A stretch of DNA of 64,000 bases, from positions 9,920,001 to 9,984,000 of the forward strand of contig CAIIXF020000001.1 of assembly GCA_903813345.2 (NCBI GenBank). The letters run 5' to 3'. Every line of letters starts with the position of its first letter. Position 1 is the stretch's first letter. The DNA is from Owenia fusiformis (lineage: Eukaryota). The position numbers and the translations under genes were made by a program. This document shows positions 58,954 through 64,000 of the stretch, in pieces. The notes below the pieces were generated by a model that saw nothing but the letters and a program-made list of their open reading frames with translations, did no database searches and had not been told where the DNA came from.

Positions 58954-60671
58954 GGTGTATTAGGGATATGCTTATATCCATATGTTAGCCATAGGTTAAA
59001 TAGTTTAAACATCACAACAACGTGTTATATTCGAAAACTAGCTGGTAAGAATTTGGACAAAAGAAGGTGGTAAGCAAGAGACGTAATTGTATTTTTAAAC
59101 CCTTTACGCGCTTGGGTTTCCCCCTCTTACTGAATACAAATAGGGAAATGCTCCGGAGAAAGAAAGATGGCGATTCGAAATGACCATCCGTCCACGATAA
59201 TAGAGACATGAGAGAGATTATTAAGTAGAAGTAGTGCCATATCCATTTCTCTTACATAATATACTTTTATACCATAAGTAATATGAATGATTTAAGTGTT
59301 TGCCTGATACAGTCCTTTATCAAGATGGAGGATAAGGGGAGATCAGTTAATCATGAGAAACCAAATTACTAAATTTCCAAATGACAAACAAAAAATAAAC
59401 CAGTTAGTTATACGCTCACCAATCTGCATTCGAAATATCGGCGTAAACTTAAATTCTACCACGTCATCGTCATCATCGTTTACGTCGTCGTCACCTACCT
59501 CGTCATCGATGCCATCGCCGTTAAGTAAAAGGGTCTTCGGGGCCTCCGTAAGATTGGTTGCAATCTTGATTTATAATTATTCCTGACACGTTTTCTCGGC
59601 AACTAGAAGTCTCTGGGTATTTTTGATTAAATCGTCAGTCAGGGCATGTGACTGCCTTGCTGGGATATTAGTTCAAATATTAATTTAGGTCAAAGGTAAA
59701 AATCTAGGTCAAACTTTTCGTTTTCACAAATTTTCTTTTGCATCATTCAATATTTTTTGTTAAACCCCACTTAGGTAGCTACACAATAGAATGAACTGTG
59801 TTTTATGTTTAAGAATGTACAGCTATAACAAAGAGGTGTGCATTATTTTTCTATTGTTGGCAAGCTATCTAAACCCAGTGTATCACAAAAAAGATTGACT
59901 GTCACATGTAGTGCACTAAAGCTGAACTAATTATGCCCTATTCACTCTTTCAGTAGTTGAAAGTAGACACAAGTAACCCTGTTACGTAAAGTGCACTGAA
60001 GCTGAACTAATTACACCCACTCACTTCTCCATACACTTACCTCATAGACAATACAAAAGAAATAGATTTTTCCTAAGATTGGATCATGGACCATTTACCT
60101 TTAATAAGACTCGGTGCCCAGTGTGTAGTTTAAGGGCTATCGCCCCTTGACCATTATTTTCCAAATACCCAAGACGCATGGTTTATCCATAACAGAAAAA
60201 ATGAATTTCTATATACTTCCACCAATTCCTACTTTAGATATGTCTCGATGAAAGTTTACCAATTTTCAGAAAGACTCCCTAAAAGGGTAAAAAGGTGTTC
60301 CAAATCTATCGAAATTGCATTGGTATTAATGTCAATAGTATACGGGAATCAGAATTTGTAATAACATATACGGTACATCTTCTTTCTCATTTTCTCATTA
60401 ATATCAGATGTCAAAATCGTTTTTAACTAAAAAGTCTGGAGTCTTGAATTGAACTTTGTTCAATTTCACCCAACTAGTTTTAATACCCCTTCTACACGGT
60501 GTTCTACTATTGTTGATAGTTTATGACTTCGAACGTCAAAATACTAAGTTCAGCCAATCAATGCAAACGTGTCTTGAATCCCTCCTGGACTCGCATACTA
60601 ATTATATATTTAGATAGGCGTTGTTTGGGTCTTTCTCAGTTGGTTTAAGGAAGAGCGATAACCGATAGAAA

Positions 60672-63074
60672 ATGTCATCCCCAGTAAAATACGCAACGAA
60701 GGGACAAACTGTTACATCCGAGAAAACTGTAACAGAAACAATTACAAGACAAACGAATAGTGCTTCAAAATCGGGCAGTTCTTTCTTAAACTCATCTCAA
60801 ACAACGGCGACGGATGATGACCTCGGTTACAACTCCTTATACGTCCCATCGATGTCGCCTCGGAAAATTGTAATAAACCGCGAACGGTCAAGATCCTTGG
60901 GATCCCTCGAACACCTCAACTTCGGAGACGAGACATCAAGGGACGTCGGTTTGAACTACGTTGAAATTAACATCGATGAGGTTAAAACCACAAGAAACCA
61001 TGAAAAGAAGGAAATGCAAGAGTTGAACTCGCGACTTGCGAGCTTCATTGATAAAATCGCTTTCCTTGAAGCTAAAAATAAAATTCTGAGTGATCGGATT
61101 GATTTCGACCTAAAGAAGTTTAAAGAAGATTGGAGCACGAATGCGGTAATTCAGAAAATCGAGGCAGAACTCAGACAAGCTCGGATACTCCATGATGATG
61201 TCAACGTTGAAAATGGAAGATTGAAAATAACAATAAGGAGTCTAGAGGAACAGATCGACAAACTTCAAGAAGAGTAAGTTTTCCGTCCTCGGGGTTTCAA
61301 GTATATCCTCATGCACAGAGGGTCTTATAAGTCAGGTCCGCAGTCAATGTTTGCCAAGGGGGAGGGTCACAAAATCCAGAAGGGTTCACATATGACAATT
61401 TTGCATGAAAAAACTACATGATTGTGAACGATTATTTGGTCAGGGGCCGACAAAGCCTAAACATTGTATTCATTGATATCAAAAGTTCTGCTGATCGGAA
61501 AATACACTTCCAGAAATCGTTTACCGGTATAGTAATTTTGGTTAAAGGTTGAACAATTAGTGCAGAGATGTTACCAAAGATCATGGACAAAATATATCGA
61601 AGTTTGGATATTCCATCAAGGCTAACATCTGTTTTCGTTATCTCTAAAGAAATCCCCCAAATGGACGTTATTTCAGCTGAAATTCCTGCTGTTAAAATGT
61701 AGAAGGTCTGTGTTCTCTCTACATGCCTTGTTGCCACTTTAAATACAAGTAACGTGTTTAAATCAAATTAATTTTGAGATTTACAGTTTTTTGCCCAACG
61801 TTTCTAAAATCCGTTACGTGTACCACATTTATGCGTTGTAGTTCAATTAAAACGAGATGCGGTTGCTGATACGTTCGGCTATAACCCCTTGTGCGAAACC
61901 TCTCATATGTTAACAATTTTACCACGGCAAGCTTTAGAATATTATATTTAAGTTTTCAAACAAATTCTTGTATCATATGGTTCGATATCAAGACTTCACA
62001 CATAACATAGCTATAACCCTTATATGGGTTAGGGCTTCAAAAATGTCAACTCATATTATAGGAATGGCAAATTGGAAACTGCTTACCAAAACTCAAAACA
62101 AGACATTGATCGTCAAATGCAAGTTGTAAGCGACTTTGAGGCCGAGAATAATCTCCTTCGCAAGAATGGCAATGCGAAAGACGCCGAGAGCAAGAAAGAC
62201 AAGGCTGAAATCAAACGTCTCCAGGAGAAACTGAAGGAAAGGGGAGATGTAAGTAAAATGATCCGGTTTGGCCATTCAAATTTGGTTATACCATTAACGC
62301 TCACTCCCTTGGATATTGAACTTTTCAGACTGAAACAAACAGTTTTTCAATTGCCTCGATATGTTCTTCTTAAAACATTGAAATGTGAATATGCAATAAG
62401 ATCACATTTTAATGGAAGGAATTCCAGGGAAAATTACACGTATTGAATTCAATGAGGATTTGCTCCCAGAGTGCAACATCGATATTCTGTCCGACATATG
62501 AGCATGTCGTGATACACAATTCGAATTCAAACAGCCGCCATTTTGTTCACTTCAACATTTGAATCGTGAATTTTGGTCTTATTTCCCAACGAAAATTCCA
62601 AAACTCACAAGGAATGATCGAGGTATTGGTTCGAATCTTTTGAACTGTTTATTTTGAATTTATAGTCGGTTATAATTTCAGAAAATAACGACATTTAGAC
62701 GTTTAGTTTCGATCCTGGGAGCCAATCCTCCTTGTTTTGAATTCTAAAAGTCAAAAGTGTATGCGGTTTTATCTGTCACTCTCTTTATGTTTATGGTATT
62801 TCTACCTTTTAATAATTAAAAATTCTGAAATTCAGTGAATGGATTTTTTAATTTGTTGTGTTTTCCACTCCCCAACCTATCAAATAACTGCAGATGGTCT
62901 TGTCGACCAACTGTATACGTACGTCTTAACTTCCTTGCTTAACTTGCATTTTCATTTATATTTCGATGCACATTTCAGACCCTCAACCGTGAGAACCTCA
63001 ACCTGGTTAAGTCGGAGAATAAACGCCACACAGTCGAGGAGGAATTCGAGTACTTCAAACATCTTCATGAACAA
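60672..63074 (+). CDS. Cytoplasmic intermediate filament protein (protostome neurofilament-like), first three exons; the gene continues beyond the window
   Basis: Exons 60672-61273, 62062-62248, 62979-63074; S/T-rich head, coil 1A EKKEMQELNSRLASFIDKIAFLEAKN, long coil 1B, 96-nt exon ending VEEEFEYFKHLHEQ; TATA-like site ~60604. Confidence 0.9.
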
Positions 63075-64000
63075 GTAAGTTCCGTTGCAGTATAATGCAC
63101 GACCTCCAAATTGTTACAATTTCAGGCTACCCCTCGGTTAAATTATTGGACTATTTCATTGGTTTTGCAAAAAACTGAAAAGGGGAATTGATAGGTAGGT
63201 CATTTAGATCAGGGAGCTGACAAACGCCGTAACACTTCTGAACTATAAATGGTATTTTTAGAAAAATCAGTATACGAAACGTGGCACAAGTACCGAAAAA
63301 TCGAATACAAAAGATATAGTACATGGTAAATTATGTATAAGTATCCTTAATATCGATTGGTTTAATTTCTACGTGATGTGACATTTGCAATAAACATTAA
63401 AATGAAACTGGTATGGCCCAGGAACTTATACTAATATAATCTTGAAGGTGAAAACTGTTTACATATACAGGGTGGGCCAAAACACCCATGTTTTCGAATA
63501 AGGCATGCATTTCAATTTCTGCTACAATTCTTTTTAAAATGGCTTACGTATACTTTTAGTGATTTAAATGAAAATGTGAACAAATAATTTCCCTTTGCAT
63601 TCGTTCGACTTCACTTCTAAAAGAGAGCTTCGTCGGTAGTTTATAACTAGACTCTGCGCACAGAGTAACAAAAATTCTAAAAATAGGTTGTGGATGCATA
63701 TTTCAAGTTGTAAGATAATCATTGTAAAACTGTATCATCAAACAACTTATAAATCTGATTTGTAAGTTGATGATACTATTTTACAGTGATTTTAGTTAAT
63801 TAGAACCAGACGGTTGTACGAAGGGTGGCCCAAGATAACTTAGCTAATTTTTGATGAAATTACATGAAACTTACAAGTGATGAAGATCAACATCTTAAAT
63901 ACTTTAAAAAATTATTTTGGGTACTTTTCTAGATAATTTTTTTTAATATAGGGAGTTAGCCACCTGTAACTAAAACACGCGAACCGCGTTACAACTATTA

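Overview
AT-rich, intron-rich eukaryotic DNA from an invertebrate, probably a lophotrochozoan (inferred from the neurofilament-type intermediate filament gene and the repeat content). Five host genes could be built by hand from splice sites: rootletin/CROCC (minus strand, 5' part, with a tandem pair of 84-nt probable mutually exclusive exons), PEX2 (8 coding exons, all introns phase 0), cytidine deaminase, a PEX39/C6orf226-like KPWE peroxin, and the first 3 exons of a cytoplasmic intermediate filament gene. The introns hold many DNA-transposon derivatives with readable target-site duplications (TSDs), of Transib-like, hAT, Harbinger, Kolobok, AcademH/Mutator-like, Tc1/mariner and Helentron-like type, plus a 5'-truncated LINE. 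The most unusual region is PEX2 intron 1. There a 6-kb inverted-repeat element encloses (i) a 2.8-kb cassette with an intact SGNH hydrolase ORF, identical 107-bp direct repeats carrying splice donors, its own promoter-like motifs and a G-U-containing three-way RNA fold, and (ii) a CAC...GTG Transib-like element with a 5-bp TSD that itself contains a hAT MITE. All family assignments come from motif recognition, not database searches.
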